Shown one piece after another: positions 9,507-23,060 of a stretch of 46,596 nt of DNA. The notes below the pieces were generated by a model, which saw nothing but the letters and a program-made list of their open reading frames with translations, had not been told where the DNA came from and did no database searches. The stretch is from Actinomycetes bacterium (lineage in GTDB: Bacteria; Actinomycetota; Acidimicrobiia; Acidimicrobiales; JANYDT01), in assembly GCA_031368095.1 (NCBI GenBank), contig JANLQX010000376.1, forward strand, positions 1 to 46,596, written 5' to 3'. The translations under genes and the position numbers were made by a program. Positions within the stretch are counted from its first letter, which is position 1, and every line of letters begins with the position of its first letter.

Positions 9507-10523
9507 TTGCGCGTTGTGACTGCGGTTGCTTCCGAGCACCAACGATTGGCGCTGCGGGAACGGTTCGCCACCGCAGTGCGTAGTGCCGATCACATCGACG
9601 TGCTCCGCATCGAACTCCGAACGAGCGACGGCGGCGTTGGAATCGGCATGGCGACCGCCACTCCGGCGATCACCGGTGACACGATCCTGTCAATGCGCGT
9701 CTTCGTCGATGAGGTCGTCCGACCCGCCCTCCTCGCCCAGCCCATCGATGAGTCACTGTTCACCACTGTCGCCACGTTCGTCGACGTGAGTCCGTCGGGC
9801 ACGGCCGGCGTCGATATGGCACTTCATCAGCTCACGACGATGCCCGAGCCGCACTGCGACGTGGCGACGTCGATCACCGTGAGTGCGGACTCCGCTGAGG
9901 CGATGACCGCCGCCGCCCTCGATCGAATAGACGCCGGTTTTTCCGTCCTCAAGCTCAAGCTCGGTGTTGATCCCGCTGGCGATCTGCAACGCCTCTCCCG
10001 TGTCGTCCGGGCGGTAGAGGGCCGGGCTCAGGTCTGGGTTGATGCCAACCAGGGCTGGAGTTTTGACGAAACGATGGCCATCATCGACGCCGCCGTCGCC
10101 ATCGGCGTTGCGCCCCAGATGCTCGAACAGCCGGTGAGCGCCTTGGCGTTCACCGAGCTCTCGGCGATCGCCGGCCGCGTGCCGATGCCGGTCACGGCCG
10201 ACGAGAGTGCGAGGTCCGTCGACGACATCCGCCGCATTGTCGATGTCGGGTCGATTGCTGCCATCAACATCAAGCTGATGAAGTTTGGCGGGCCGACGGG
10301 TGCCCGTTCCGCCGTCGACGCCGCCCGCGAGGGTGGGCTCGACGTGCTGGTGGGATCGATGATGGAGCATCCGGAGTCGGTGGCCGCGGCGGTTCGATTC
10401 GCCGCCACTCTTGCCCGCGATCACCCCAGTAACGCGGTCCACGATCTTGACGCGGCGTGGTGGATGGCCGACCCGGCACCATGCGTCTACCAAGGGGGTC
10501 GCGTTGTCGTCCGCCAGCCCTGA
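9507..10523 (+). CDS. Enolase-superfamily dipeptide epimerase (L-Ala-D/L-Glu epimerase-like)
   Basis: KLK motif, VDANQGW, LEQP, ADES, INIKLMKFGG, GSMME, DLD; TTG start 6 nt after TACTTT. Confidence 0.85.
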   Translation: MRVVTAVASEHQRLALRERFATAVRSADHIDVLRIELRTSDGGVGIGMATATPAITGDTILSMRVFVDEVVRPALLAQPIDESLFTTVATFVDVSPSGTAGVDMALHQLTTMPEPHCDVATSITVSADSAEAMTAAALDRIDAGFSVLKLKLGVDPAGDLQRLSRVVRAVEGRAQVWVDANQGWSFDETMAIIDAAVAIGVAPQMLEQPVSALAFTELSAIAGRVPMPVTADESARSVDDIRRIVDVGSIAAINIKLMKFGGPTGARSAVDAAREGGLDVLVGSMMEHPESVAAAVRFAATLARDHPSNAVHDLDAAWWMADPAPCVYQGGRVVVRQP

Positions 10524-10572
10524 GCCCGGAACCGCCAACGACCCGTGGTCGACATGGCGGCGCGGCAACGCC

Positions 10573-11337
10573 ATGGTCGGAGCGGCGGTAACCACGGTCT
10601 GGACCTCGCCCGACGCGCCCCGGCCGATCGATGCCCCGATCGTTGCCGATACCGCCGACATCGTCGATCCGAGCGGCTGGACGGCGGCGCTCGACCACCA
10701 CGCCCGGCTGGATCTGCTCGGCCGGGTGTGCACCCAGGCGCTCGGGGGCGAACCGGTTGTCGTCGTCGATGAGCGTGACGGGTGGAGTGAGGTCCGACTC
10801 CCCTGGCAGCCGACGTCACTCAACGACTCGGGCTACCCCGGTTGGATTCGCTCGTCGCACCTGGAGCCCGACACGTTGGCCGGTCAACGCCTCGCCGTCC
10901 AGTCGACCAGGCTTCGCTTCCACCATGGCGGGGTGACGAGCATCGGTTCGTCGTTCGCCTCCGACCAGCCGTCGACTCAGGCCCCGAAGTCATTTCTCGA
11001 ACTGCTCGAACAGTTCCTCGGCCTCCCCTACCTGTGGGGCGGTCTGAGTGGATGGGGCGTGGACTGCTCCGGGCTCATCCACGTCTGCGCTCGCGCCGCC
11101 GGCATCCTTGTTCCTCGCGACTCCGGCGACTTGCGTCAAGCGATTGTCGAACGATCGGTCACCCTCCCGCTGGTGTTCTTCCACCACGCCGACGGCCACC
11201 CTAAAGCTGGTCAGATCCGCCATGTCGGGTACGACCTCGGCGACGGGCTCATGCTCCATGCGCCACGCACCGGTTGCGTGGTCGAGGTCCTCAACCAGTC
11301 CACCCCGCCGTATCGCGACGACCTCGTGGCCCCCTAA
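10573..11337 (+). CDS. NlpC/P60 (C40) peptidase, YkfC-like with SH3-like N-terminal region
   Basis: TQALGGEPV...GYPGWI; LGLPYLWGG...GVDCSGL; HVG; MLHAP; start uncertain. Confidence 0.85.
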   Translation: MVGAAVTTVWTSPDAPRPIDAPIVADTADIVDPSGWTAALDHHARLDLLGRVCTQALGGEPVVVVDERDGWSEVRLPWQPTSLNDSGYPGWIRSSHLEPDTLAGQRLAVQSTRLRFHHGGVTSIGSSFASDQPSTQAPKSFLELLEQFLGLPYLWGGLSGWGVDCSGLIHVCARAAGILVPRDSGDLRQAIVERSVTLPLVFFHHADGHPKAGQIRHVGYDLGDGLMLHAPRTGCVVEVLNQSTPPYRDDLVAP

Positions 11338-11422
11338 CGGAGTCTCGTGGGCCAGCTGGCTCGCTTGGGCCAGCTGGTTTTGATTTTCGGGCCGTTTGCT
11401 GGCCCAAGACACTGTCAGCCGC

Positions 11423-12148
11423 TCAGCCGAGTGCTTCGTTGACCTCGGCGGCGATCTCGGATGCGGCCAGGGCCCTATCGGCGGCCTGGGTGACGGCGCG
11501 TCCGATGACGAGAAGCGTGGCGCCACCGGCAGCGGCTTCGGCTGGGGTCGCGGCCCGGGCCTGATCGTTGGCGTCGACGCCACCCGGGCGAATTCCGGGG
11601 ACGATCTTGGCCATGCGCGGGGCAAGAAGGCTTACCTCGCGAAGATCGGAGGCGGCGCACACAACGCCCTTGCAGCCGCCCTCCATCGCCAGACGAAGTC
11701 GGTTGCCAAGAATGTGGGGAGGGGCGTCACCGTCGCTGGTGAGGATCGTCACGGCGAGCGGTACAGGCTCCTCCAGCCCGGCCAGTGCCGCACCTTCGAG
11801 CATCCCCTCCGTGCCCGCCCGAAGCATGTCCGCCCCACCGTGGGCGTACATCGTGAGATACGTGGCGCCCAGCGATCCGGCCACGCGGGCGGCTCGGCCA
11901 ACGGTGTTCGGGATATCGACGAGCTTGAGATCAAGGAACACGTCGAAGCCTTCGTCGACGAGGCGGTTGACGATCTCGGGACCCGATGCGGTGAAGAGCT
12001 CCAGGCCTACTTTGGCGACGCCGAACCACGGTTTGAGGGACCGGGCTATCTGCATGGCGGCCACGGCGTCGTCGACGTCCAGTGCCAGGGCGAGGCGGGA
12101 CCGAACCCGGTCCGGAGCGCCGGCTTCGCGAATCTCGTCGATAGTCAT
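11423..12148 (-). CDS. pyrF: Orotidine-5'-phosphate decarboxylase
   Basis: LALALD, AKVGLELF, FLDLKLVDIPNTV, VPGIRP, DQAR, VIGR; AGGAG 9 nt before ATG 12148. Confidence 0.95.
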   Translation of the reverse strand: MTIDEIREAGAPDRVRSRLALALDVDDAVAAMQIARSLKPWFGVAKVGLELFTASGPEIVNRLVDEGFDVFLDLKLVDIPNTVGRAARVAGSLGATYLTMYAHGGADMLRAGTEGMLEGAALAGLEEPVPLAVTILTSDGDAPPHILGNRLRLAMEGGCKGVVCAASDLREVSLLAPRMAKIVPGIRPGGVDANDQARAATPAEAAAGGATLLVIGRAVTQAADRALAASEIAAEVNEALG

Positions 12149-12249
12149 GGTGTGGAACTCCTGGGTCTTGGTCGACAACACGTCGAAAACAGACGCCGTC
12201 ATCGTGGCGTTCGTCGCGGGACAACGGGGGGATGGGCCCAATTCGCCTA

Positions 12250-12510
12250 GGACGCTATTCCGGCGGGTGAAGCCGCCGTCAACGACCACGTTCTCCCCCG
12301 TGACCCAGCTCGCCGTGGGTGATGCGAGGAAGGCGATCACGTTGGCGACCTCTTCGGCGGTGATGTAGTTGATGAGTGCAGCCTTCAGCGCGCCGTACGC
12401 CCTCGAACCGCCGGGGTAACCGTGGTACTCAACGGCCGTAATGGTCGCGATCTGGACGATGGAGTCCTGTCCCGACGTCTGGAGATACGGAAGAGCGCGA
12501 TCGACAAGCC
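12250..12510 (-). pseudogene. SDR oxidoreductase remnant (no N-terminus, internal deletion)
   Basis: ALPYLQTSG..SIVQI...AYGALKAALINY (YxxxK) joined directly to TAEEVANVIAFLASPTASWVTGENVVVDGG (SDR C-terminus); boundaries approximate. Confidence 0.75.
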
Positions 12511-12516
12511 CGCCCG

Positions 12517-13476
12517 TTAGCGGTGCGCCTTGCTGACGAGATCGCCAACCCGGAGAACCCCGTGGGCGCAGCACCACTGCGTCAGTTCGAGGAGCACCTT
12601 CGCGACGGCCCCGGGATTGGCGAACGAGGCCGTGCCGACCTCCACGGCGTTGGCCCCGGCCATGAGCAGCTCCACGGCGTGCTCGCCCCGGGCCACCCCG
12701 CCGACACCGACGATGGCAGCGTCGGGGAATGCGGCGCGCACGTCGTAGATCGCTCGCACGGCGACAGGACGGATGGCCGGTCCCGACAATCCTCCCCCGC
12801 CGTTGCCAAGTGCCGGCTTGCCGGTCTCGACGTCGATGACCATACCCATCACGGTGTTGATGAGCACGAGCGCATCAGCACCGGCGTCGAGCGCCGCTCC
12901 GGCGATGTCCACGACATGGGTCACATTGGGGCTGAGCTTGATCCACAGCGGGGTCGACGGCAGTGCCTCCCGCACGGCTCGCACCACCGCCGTGGTCCCG
13001 TCGCACGAGTGACCGAACATGTGTCGCCGGTCCTCAAGGTTCGGACAACTGACGTTCACTTCTACCGCCGTGAGCTGATCGGCAACGGGCGCAAGGCGGG
13101 TCGCGGCGTGCGCGTATTCCTCCACTCGGAGACCCCAGATACTGGCGACCACTCGTGCTCCCGTGGCTTTCAGTCGCGGGAGATCGTTGGTGACCCATGC
13201 ATCAACGCCGGGGTTCTGCAGCCCAACGGCGTTGATCATGCCGGCGTCGGTGCCGTGGACACGAGGGGAGGGATTCCCGGCCCACGCGTCGGGCGAGAGC
13301 GACTTCACCACCACCGCCCCCAGTGACGCCAGGTCGACCCACTGGGACAGCTCCGTGGCAAAACCAGCAGTGCCCGCCGCCGTCAGAATCGGACTCGGCA
13401 GCGACACCGACCCAACCCTCGTCGAGAGGTCAACATCACCGCCTTCCAACCGTCGCCGACCCAGGTGACGCTTCAC
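12517..13476 (-). CDS. pyrD: Dihydroorotate dehydrogenase, family 1 catalytic subunit
   Basis: AAGT, GNPSPR, INAVGLQNPG, EVNVSCPN, KLSPN, INT, GGLSG, GVGG. Confidence 0.95.
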   Translation of the reverse strand: MKRHLGRRRLEGGDVDLSTRVGSVSLPSPILTAAGTAGFATELSQWVDLASLGAVVVKSLSPDAWAGNPSPRVHGTDAGMINAVGLQNPGVDAWVTNDLPRLKATGARVVASIWGLRVEEYAHAATRLAPVADQLTAVEVNVSCPNLEDRRHMFGHSCDGTTAVVRAVREALPSTPLWIKLSPNVTHVVDIAGAALDAGADALVLINTVMGMVIDVETGKPALGNGGGGLSGPAIRPVAVRAIYDVRAAFPDAAIVGVGGVARGEHAVELLMAGANAVEVGTASFANPGAVAKVLLELTQWCCAHGVLRVGDLVSKAHR

Positions 13477-13480
13477 CGCC

Positions 13481-17868
<4,388 letters not shown>

Positions 17869-17936
17869 TGGCACCCCGCCAGTCTCGTCGGCGTAAACGG
17901 TGGACACGAACGACTTTGCGGGCAGAGCCCGGAGAC

Positions 17937-17965
17937 AAAAGATGCGCCGCCCCAGGGCGACGCGC
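17937..17965 (-). terminator. Attenuator terminator hairpin in the carA leader
   Basis: Minus strand gcgtcgcc-ctgg-ggcggcgc followed by atctttt. Confidence 0.65.
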
Positions 17966-17993
17966 TCGGAATCGACTGCATGATGAACCCTTC

Positions 17994-18028
17994 CGCCGTA
18001 GCCGCCTCACGGGACGCCCTTCACGGCG
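17994..18028 (-). promoter_or_regulatory. PyrR binding loop (pyrimidine attenuator)
   Basis: Minus strand cgccgtg-aagggc-GTCCCGTGAGGC-ggc-tacggcg: closing stem plus PyrR-type core; -10-like TACATT (18036-18041) just upstream; heads carA-carB-pyrD-pyrF. Confidence 0.75.
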
Positions 18029-18144
18029 AGACGCCAATGTAGCCGCCCAGCAGTTCAGTCCCGGTGCGAAACCATTCGCTCTTGTCACCTTACGAGCGCG
18101 GCCGGTGGCGGGCCTCGCTCGCCGGGGCGCGTAGCGTCGTTCAC

Positions 18145-19809
18145 GTGGCACGGGTCTGGACTGGCAGGGGCGGCCTGAGTCGCCTTTGGGTGTTCTTCGG
18201 CGTTTTGTCCCTCGCCCTAACGATCGTGTTCACGCACGCCAGCCCTGCGTCGGCCCACGCCCAGTTGGTCCGTACCGTGCCCGAGGCGTCCGCCGAACTT
18301 CCAAGGGCCCCGAACCATGTCGAGATCGTGTTTTCCGAAGGCGTCCGGGCCGTGGCCGGCGGCATCCGAGTTCTCGGAGAGGACGGGAGACGCGTCGACA
18401 AGGCCCGCCCGATTTCGGCTGGTGAGCGAGTCCGCCTGGCCCTCCCAAACCTTCCCAACGGCGCCTTCGTGGTGTCGTGGCGGGTTGTTTCCGCTGACGG
18501 GCACCCGGTACGGGGCGCCTTCACCTTCCGCGTCGGCGGCACCGGGAGCCAGGCCGCAGTTGGTCGTCTCGCGGCGAAACTCCTGGTGAGTGGGGTCTCA
18601 CGCGCCGACACGTCGGCCCTGGCCACCGTGGTACGCACCCTCGTCTTTGCGGCCATGGCACTCCTCCTTGGTGGCGTCGCCCACGTGTTGCTCGTGAACC
18701 AATCAAGTGGCCGCTCCGTGCGGCGGGCAATAAAAATGGCCGGGGTCGTGGGCGGTGTGAGTTCGCTCATCTCACTCCTGGTCTATGGACCACTGGTGAC
18801 CGGAAGGTCGCTCGGTGCAATCGTCGACGGAACCCTGCTCCACGACAGCCTCGGCGATCATGTCGGACAGGCCATGGTCGCTCGCGCCGTGCTGATCGGT
18901 GCGCTCGCTGCGCTCCTCGTAGCTCGGCTGGGCCGACCTCGCGTACGACATTGCTTGGCCGACGCGCCCCTCGTGCTCGTCGCTGTGGGGTTGGTCCTCG
19001 CGCAGGCATACACGGGACATGGCGGGACTGGGAAGCACCTCGTCGTCGCCCTTCCGTCGACCATGATCCATGTGTTGGCGATGGGCGCCTGGGCGGGCGG
19101 GCTGATGTTGCTCCTCCTGACCCTTCAGTCGGCCGAACCGACCGCCGATCGAGTGGCGGTCACGCAGCGGTTTTCTCGGCTGGCAGGATTCGCCGTGGCC
19201 GCGCTGGTGGCGTCTGGTTCGGTGGCTTTGTGGCGCCAGGTCGGGACCTTCGCCGCCCTACGAACGACGCCGTCCGGCCGGCTCCTCGTCATCAAGTTGA
19301 CGCTGGTTGGCGCCTTGCTGTTGCTCGGGGCCAAGAACCGTCGGGCACTCTCCGATATTCGTCATCCGGAGCGGGCCGTGGCCGCCGTCCGTCGGACGAT
19401 CATCGCGGAGATCCTCGGGATGGGGGCGATCTTGGCCGTTACCGCATTGGTGGTGAATTTACCGCCGGCTCGTGCCGTGGTGTCGCGCCCAGTCGTCGTG
19501 ACAGTCACCACGGCCACCGGCTTGGTCGACATCACCATTGACCCGGCACGCAGAGGACGCAACGAGCTGCATATCTATGCACTGACCAAACAAGGCGCGT
19601 CCCGCCCGATCGACGGCATCGAGGCGACGTTGACCAACGCGGCAGCAGGCATCGAAGGATTGCCGGGCCGAGTGGTACGAGCCGGACCGAATCACTTCCA
19701 AGCACTGGGGCTCGACCTTCCGATCCGAGGTACGTGGCGCATCGATGTCGTCGTAAAGCTCGACGCCTTCACCGAGGAAGCCGGCGCGGCTACCTTCACT
19801 CTGCGGTGA
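18145..19809 (+). CDS. Copper resistance/uptake CopC-CopD fusion (YcnJ-like)
   Basis: Signal peptide ASA-HAQL, WRVVSADGHPVRG (CopC), multiple TM helices, GH and IHVLAMGAWAGGL (CopD); GTG 7 nt after TAGCGT. Confidence 0.88.
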   Translation: MARVWTGRGGLSRLWVFFGVLSLALTIVFTHASPASAHAQLVRTVPEASAELPRAPNHVEIVFSEGVRAVAGGIRVLGEDGRRVDKARPISAGERVRLALPNLPNGAFVVSWRVVSADGHPVRGAFTFRVGGTGSQAAVGRLAAKLLVSGVSRADTSALATVVRTLVFAAMALLLGGVAHVLLVNQSSGRSVRRAIKMAGVVGGVSSLISLLVYGPLVTGRSLGAIVDGTLLHDSLGDHVGQAMVARAVLIGALAALLVARLGRPRVRHCLADAPLVLVAVGLVLAQAYTGHGGTGKHLVVALPSTMIHVLAMGAWAGGLMLLLLTLQSAEPTADRVAVTQRFSRLAGFAVAALVASGSVALWRQVGTFAALRTTPSGRLLVIKLTLVGALLLLGAKNRRALSDIRHPERAVAAVRRTIIAEILGMGAILAVTALVVNLPPARAVVSRPVVVTVTTATGLVDITIDPARRGRNELHIYALTKQGASRPIDGIEATLTNAAAGIEGLPGRVVRAGPNHFQALGLDLPIRGTWRIDVVVKLDAFTEEAGAATFTLR

Positions 19810-19881
19810 GTCTCTGGCGCGACTAGCCAGCCCGATCGGGCGCCCGGTTTCGGTTGTCAAGGAACTGCCAAGGCGATGTTT

Positions 19882-21396
19882 TTAGACCGCTGCTCTCCCG
19901 GCCGGAGCCGGAACCTCATGCGTCTCAAGGAGCGGTGCGTTCGGGCGGACGAACGATTCGGGCTCGGGGTCGGCGTCGGCGTACCACGCCCGGTCGAAGT
20001 CGTAGAGCTCGGCCGTCAACGGGGCGACGGCGTCGGTCGGGATGTCGAGAGCGAAGGCGCGGCCGTCGATCAGGTCTTGATCAATCGTGACGTCTTCGGC
20101 GACAACGTCACCGGCCGCATCAACGATGCGTATCACGTGGTTCTCGCCGGACCCGGCGGGGCGAATGGCGTCAACACCGAACACCACAGTGCGCCCGTTC
20201 ACGACGGTGGCCGACAGCACCTGGAACAGGCTCGGCTCGTTCGACGCAAGGCATGCGTCGAGGGTCGTGCCCTCGGCCCGAAGTACGACCTTCGGACAAG
20301 AACCCGAACTCGCCTTGGACGCAACGAGCGAGTAAGGGGTTCCGTCGACGTCACCGATCAGCAGAGGCGGAGGCGGGTTCGGCGCGCCGAAGGACGTGCC
20401 GAGTGCCAGGATCTTCGTCCACTCGTCGGGCGTCGCCACGACCACCTGCTCAGCCAACGCCAACACTGCTGCTGGCTTTCCCGGTCCGGACAGGAGAATG
20501 TTGACCTCGCCAATCTCAAAGCTGACGGTCGCGCCAAGATCCTGCCCTGGCAGATTGAAGCTGTCGATGGAATAGGTTCGGCCGTCTCGTTGCACCGTCT
20601 TCTGACCACCGCGGTAGTCCTCGGCAAACCGCATGTTCGGTACGACGCTCAGGTAGTAGTCGGCGCCATGTTCGGACGAGTCCTTCCGGTAACCGATCTG
20701 ATACCCACCGACCTGGGGCTCGACGAGCGTGGCCGTGAACCCATGGGGAAACGGTCCCACCGTCGAGAGATTCTTCGACGATGTCGCCCCCACGGCGGCA
20801 AGAACATCGAACGTCGCTTGGTTGGGAACGCTGCGACCAGAGCCGCGCAACGACACGCCGCCAGTTGTCCAGTCAAGAGCCCACGTACGATCGAACTGCG
20901 CCAGCGACCCGGTGACACTGCCGATCGCCACGGAACGCACGGTAACGCCATCAGGAAAAGTGAAGCGGCTGCCTCGCGTGACGATGCTGACATCGAACGA
21001 TGTTGATCCGTCGCGCAGATGGATCGTGTCGGGTCGGCCGCCCGGCAACGACATCATCTCGGAGGACGCGTACTGAACGGGTGCCAAGCCGGGGGCGCGC
21101 AGGACCATTCGGGATTCGTCCGACGAGGCGTCGGTGCGGACCACGACGTCGACCGGTGATGGCGCAGGGCGCTGCGCCAGCTGATGCACCACTCCCCCGG
21201 TGAGTCCAGCGGCGGAGAGCACGGCCAGTACCGGGACGACAAGACGTCGGCGACGCAAGTTCCCCCGAACCACCAGCGGTCGAGTTGGCGCCGATGCCCC
21301 GTCGAGCACGCGGTCGACGCGCCCGCTCACCGCGTTACGCACGAGTTCGCCGACAATTTCGTCGGAACCGTTGGTAGGGACACGAAGATTCGTCAT
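19882..21396 (-). CDS. Single-pass membrane protein, putative anti-sigma partner
   Basis: ATGA overlap with the ECF sigma stop; short N-terminus, one TM (VVPVLAVLSAAGLTGGVV), large C-terminal domain. Confidence 0.6.
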   Translation of the reverse strand: MTNLRVPTNGSDEIVGELVRNAVSGRVDRVLDGASAPTRPLVVRGNLRRRRLVVPVLAVLSAAGLTGGVVHQLAQRPAPSPVDVVVRTDASSDESRMVLRAPGLAPVQYASSEMMSLPGGRPDTIHLRDGSTSFDVSIVTRGSRFTFPDGVTVRSVAIGSVTGSLAQFDRTWALDWTTGGVSLRGSGRSVPNQATFDVLAAVGATSSKNLSTVGPFPHGFTATLVEPQVGGYQIGYRKDSSEHGADYYLSVVPNMRFAEDYRGGQKTVQRDGRTYSIDSFNLPGQDLGATVSFEIGEVNILLSGPGKPAAVLALAEQVVVATPDEWTKILALGTSFGAPNPPPPLLIGDVDGTPYSLVASKASSGSCPKVVLRAEGTTLDACLASNEPSLFQVLSATVVNGRTVVFGVDAIRPAGSGENHVIRIVDAAGDVVAEDVTIDQDLIDGRAFALDIPTDAVAPLTAELYDFDRAWYADADPEPESFVRPNAPLLETHEVPAPAGRAAV

Positions 21397-21893
21397 GGTT
21401 CGATGACCTCTCGGAGAGCGGCGAGGCCGCGGGACAGCAGGGATTTCACGGTGCCGGGTCGGCAGTGCAACGCCGCAGCGATTTCTTGCTCGCTGCATTG
21501 CTCGTAGTAGCGAAGAATGAGCGCGGCCCGTTGACGACCAGGCAGGCGGTCCAAGACAGCAAGGAGCGTGTCGTACTCCGGTTGATGCGGAGCATCGACC
21601 AACATCGGTTCCTTCGACCGAGCCACCCGCAGGCGACGAAACACTCCATAGGCATGGTTGACGACGCAGCGCCGCACGTATGCCTCCGGATGGTCCAACG
21701 ACGCAAAGCGCGCGTATGAAGACGCGAACGCGTCCTGCACAACGTCTTCCGCGAGGGTCCGCGACGACACCAGGGCTACCGCCAACCTGAGCATCCTCGG
21801 TTGGGTCAGTGCGTAGAACTCATCGAACGTCATCGTTTCGACGCGCGGGCGCGGAACTGACTCGATTCCATCCATCGCCGCGATTGCGTTCAT
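21393..21893 (-). CDS. ECF sigma-70 factor (SigE-like)
   Basis: AEDVVQDAF, YVRRCVVN, LPGRQRAALILRYYE...EIAAAL...GTVKSLLSRGL. Confidence 0.92.
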   Translation of the reverse strand: MNAIAAMDGIESVPRPRVETMTFDEFYALTQPRMLRLAVALVSSRTLAEDVVQDAFASSYARFASLDHPEAYVRRCVVNHAYGVFRRLRVARSKEPMLVDAPHQPEYDTLLAVLDRLPGRQRAALILRYYEQCSEQEIAAALHCRPGTVKSLLSRGLAALREVIEP

Positions 21894-22106
21894 AGTCTTC
21901 CTGACGCGCTGGTGACCGGTTTGGTTCCGTGAGAGTTCCGAATAGAAACAGCAAACCCCACGAGCATGCCCTCTCCACGAACGCCCGAATTACGATCGGG
22001 TCAATGGCCGACCAAGCGAGAGCTGGGTTTTGCTGGCGAAGCGGTGGCACGTTCTTGGTTGGTCCGGAGTAGCAGGCGCACGGGCCAACGTCAGTACGCT
22101 GGCGCC

Positions 22107-22925
22107 GTGTCTGAAGCTCCTCTTCTCGGCCAAGTCGCGCTCGTTACCGGCGGAGGTTCGGGCCTCGGGCTCGCTTGTGCACGGGCCCTGCACGCCGACG
22201 GTGCGACCGTCGTGATCACCGGCCGACGCGCCGACATCCTCGCCGCGGCTGTCGAACAGCTCGGCGACCGCTGCGTCGCCGTAAGCGGGGACGTGACCGA
22301 CGAGGACCACATGCGCGCCGCCGTCGACACCGCCGAGTCGTTGGGTCGGTTCAACATGGCGGTGGCCAACGCGGGATTCGGAATCGCTGCGCCGTTGTTT
22401 CAGACCTCACTCGATCAGTGGCAGTCGGTACTCGCCACCAATCTGACCGGCGCATTTTTGACCATCAAGCACGCTGGCGCGGCGATTGTCGCGGCGGGCG
22501 GAGGGTCGATCGTCGCGGTGTCCTCGATCGCCGGTGTGGCGACGCATCGCTACATGACGCCCTACTGCGTCTCGAAGGCAGGCCTGGAGATGCTTGTTCG
22601 CAACGCCGCCGACGAACTTGGCGGTGCCGGCCTGCGGGTCAACGCCGTGCGACCCGGCTTGGTCCCCACCGATGCGACCGTCGGTCTGATGTCGATGCCG
22701 TCAATCGTCAATGACTACCTCGCCCAGATGCCGCTCGCCCGAGCGGGCACGGACCACGAGGTGGCATCACTCGTCCGGTTCCTGCTCGGCGCGGACAGCG
22801 CCTGGATCACTGGTACGTGCGTGAGCGTCGACGGTGGCCACCACCTTCGTCGCGGCCCCGACATCTCGCCGGCAATCAGCTTCGGGTTCGGCGCCGACGC
22901 AACGTCGGGTCGCCTACGCCCGTGA
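22107..22925 (+). CDS. SDR family oxidoreductase
   Basis: TGGGSGLG, ANAG, YCVSK, RVNAVRPG, ITG...VDGG; GTG 6 nt after TACGCT. Confidence 0.93.
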   Translation: MSEAPLLGQVALVTGGGSGLGLACARALHADGATVVITGRRADILAAAVEQLGDRCVAVSGDVTDEDHMRAAVDTAESLGRFNMAVANAGFGIAAPLFQTSLDQWQSVLATNLTGAFLTIKHAGAAIVAAGGGSIVAVSSIAGVATHRYMTPYCVSKAGLEMLVRNAADELGGAGLRVNAVRPGLVPTDATVGLMSMPSIVNDYLAQMPLARAGTDHEVASLVRFLLGADSAWITGTCVSVDGGHHLRRGPDISPAISFGFGADATSGRLRP

Positions 22926-22928
22926 CAC

Positions 22929-22948
22929 ACCATACGTATGCATATGGT
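22929..22948. promoter_or_regulatory. Palindromic operator-like site upstream of EamA
   Basis: ACCATA-cgtatgca-TATGGT, AT-rich relative to its surroundings. Confidence 0.4.
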
Positions 22949-22959
22949 TGCGTTGCACC

Positions 22960-23060
22960 ATGCTGACGATCGTTTACGGCCTCACCTGCGCTCTGCTTGT
23001 GGTTCCCGCCAGTCGAGCCACTCAATGCTGACGATCGTTTACGGCCTTACCTGTGCTCTG
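22960..23060 (+). repeat. Diverged 36-bp direct repeat (22960-22995 / 23025-23060) duplicating the EamA 5' end
   Basis: atgctgacgatcgtttacggcctcacctgcgctctg vs atgctgacgatcgtttacggccttacctgtgctctg (34/36, both changes synonymous). Confidence 0.92.

Noticed and set aside
11348-11406. tgggccagctgg repeated twice and a weak gggcc/ggccc hairpin between convergent genes
   Set aside because: Too short and GC-rich to distinguish from chance or a weak terminator.
11423-12577. 384-aa PyrF with a long N-terminal extension
   Set aside because: The extension overlaps pyrD and consists of an SDR remnant; a good RBS supports the start at 12148.
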